A DNA stretch of 64,000 nucleotides from Okamejei kenojei (lineage: Eukaryota), in assembly GCA_035221665.1 (NCBI GenBank), contig CM069141.1, positions 48,112,001 through 48,176,000 of the forward strand. Direction: 5' to 3'. The position numbers were made by a program, and so were the translations under genes. The notes beneath the pieces are model-generated. The model was not told the DNA's origin. It made no database searches and worked only from the letters and a program-made list of their open reading frames with translations. This document shows positions 62,673-64,000 of this stretch, in pieces (the stretch's first letter is position 1; every line of letters starts with the position of its first letter).

Positions 62673-63452
62673 TAGATGCTCCCTGACTTGCCTGAAGGTT
62701 ATGTCCTGTGGACCCTTGCGTAAGTTGGATGTTACATGTCAAAAATGGAAGTCCTACTGCACATACATAAATTTGACATGGAGATCGCGTGGGAGCTCCG
62801 ACGCGGAGACCATGCGAGCTCCAACGCAGAGATCAGAGGACAGCTCGGACACGGAGACAATGGGGAAGCTCTGACTCGGAGACCACATGGGTTTCAGTGG
62901 GTTTAAAGAATGCTTTACGTAATGCTTGTACAAGAATGATTCCAGGAATGAGTGGGTTAGCATGATGAGCATTTGAAAGCACTGGGCCTCTACTCACTGG
63001 AGCTTCGAATGTTGAGGGGGGACCTCATTGAAACTTACAGAATAATGAAAGGCATAGATAGAGTGGATGTGGAAAGGATGTTTCCACTGGTGGGGGAGTC
63101 TAGGACCAGAGGTCATGGCCTCAAAATTAAAGGGTGCTCATTTTGAAAAGAGGTGAGGAGGAACCTCTTTAGTCAGAGAGTAGTATATCTGTGGAACTCA
63201 TTGACACAGAGGGCTGTGAAGGCCAAATCAGTGGATATTTATAAGGCAGACATTAACAATTTCTTGATTAGAATGGGTGTCAAGGATTATGGGGAGAAGG
63301 CACGAAAATGGGATAAGGAGGCAGAGATCAGCCATGATTGAATGGCGGAATGCACTCGATGGGCCGAATGGACTAATTCTACTCCTATAACTTGTGAACT
63401 TGTAAGTGCAAGTTTACGTAAATCGCTTATTCCATAAGTCGGGGAGTATCTA
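62673..63452. mobile_element. Tigger/pogo-like non-autonomous DNA element with a nested CR1 3' fragment (~62931-63404, + strand)
   Basis: TIRs TAGATGCTCCCTGACTT / AAGTCGGGGAGTATCTA flanked by TA. Internal GLYSLE.RMLRGDLIETY CR1 remnant. Confidence 0.65.
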
Positions 63453-63919
63453 TAATTTCATTTGTTTGTCAATGGCCTGTGGATTTATTGTCAAGTAACT
63501 AGTGCGGCCTGCAAAATGGGCCTGTATGTCTTTTGAATGTGGGAGGAAACCGGAGCACCCGGGGACAACCCATGCAGTCACGGGGAGAAAGTAACAAACT
63601 CTGTACTGACATGTCAGTTTAGTTGAGAAGGAATAATCTCACTTTAGTTATCAGCCTATTATCTGAAATATTAAGTACTGAAATGACGTACAAGGGAAGA
63701 TATGTTGTCTGTTTTTAAAAGATACGAGTAGTAAAGAGCACTGATATATTGCACATCAATTCTGAAGGATTTGACATATCTTAGTGGGAGATAAAAACTA
63801 TTAGGAAAGGAGAGAGCTCGCACATATAAAGAACTTGTTAAATGATTGAGAAGTTAAAGAGGATGTGTCAGAAACACCACACTGAAAATGTGAGGCTGCT
63901 GCACATTTGTAGAACAGCA

Positions 63920-64000
63920 GAGTGGCACATCTGTTAGAGCCGCTGCCTCATAGTGCCAGAGACCAGGTTTTATCCTGACCGGGTGCTGTCTGTGTGGAGT
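63920..64000 (+). mobile_element. 5' start of a HE1/V-SINE-like SINE (cut by window end)
   Basis: AGTGGCACATCTGTTAGAGCCGCTGCCTCA...CCAGGTTTTATCC. Confidence 0.6.

Overview
Vertebrate genomic DNA. The repeat content (HE1/V-SINE-like, CR1, Neptune-type Penelope, Rex1-like) suggests a cartilaginous fish, probably a skate or ray; this is inference. The window holds the 3' part of a clustered protocadherin locus on the + strand: ten tandem ~2.45 kb variable exons (V1-V10). Each encodes a signal peptide, six EC repeats, a TM helix and a variable cytoplasmic domain, and ends in a phase-0 GT donor; V1 is cut by the window edge. About 8 kb further on is a 59-nt first constant exon (61553-61611). Four exons carry apparent single-base insertions, either pseudogenes or assembly errors. 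The most striking signals are non-coding. All nine visible promoters share a rigidly spaced module (GCTTTAAG / ATTGG / CCAAT / GWGATC), with invariant 25- and 27-nt spacings and a middle spacing that varies by about one helical turn; I see no canonical CGCT/CTCF-type CSE. All nine also have an out-of-frame ATG exactly 16 nt upstream of the start codon. All ten proteins keep an invariant PPNYVEV (PPxY + YxxPhi) motif. Intergenic DNA carries a Penelope-like retroelement with a minimal hammerhead core, many short derivatives of it, a near full-length CR1, tandem non-autonomous Helitrons and SINEs.
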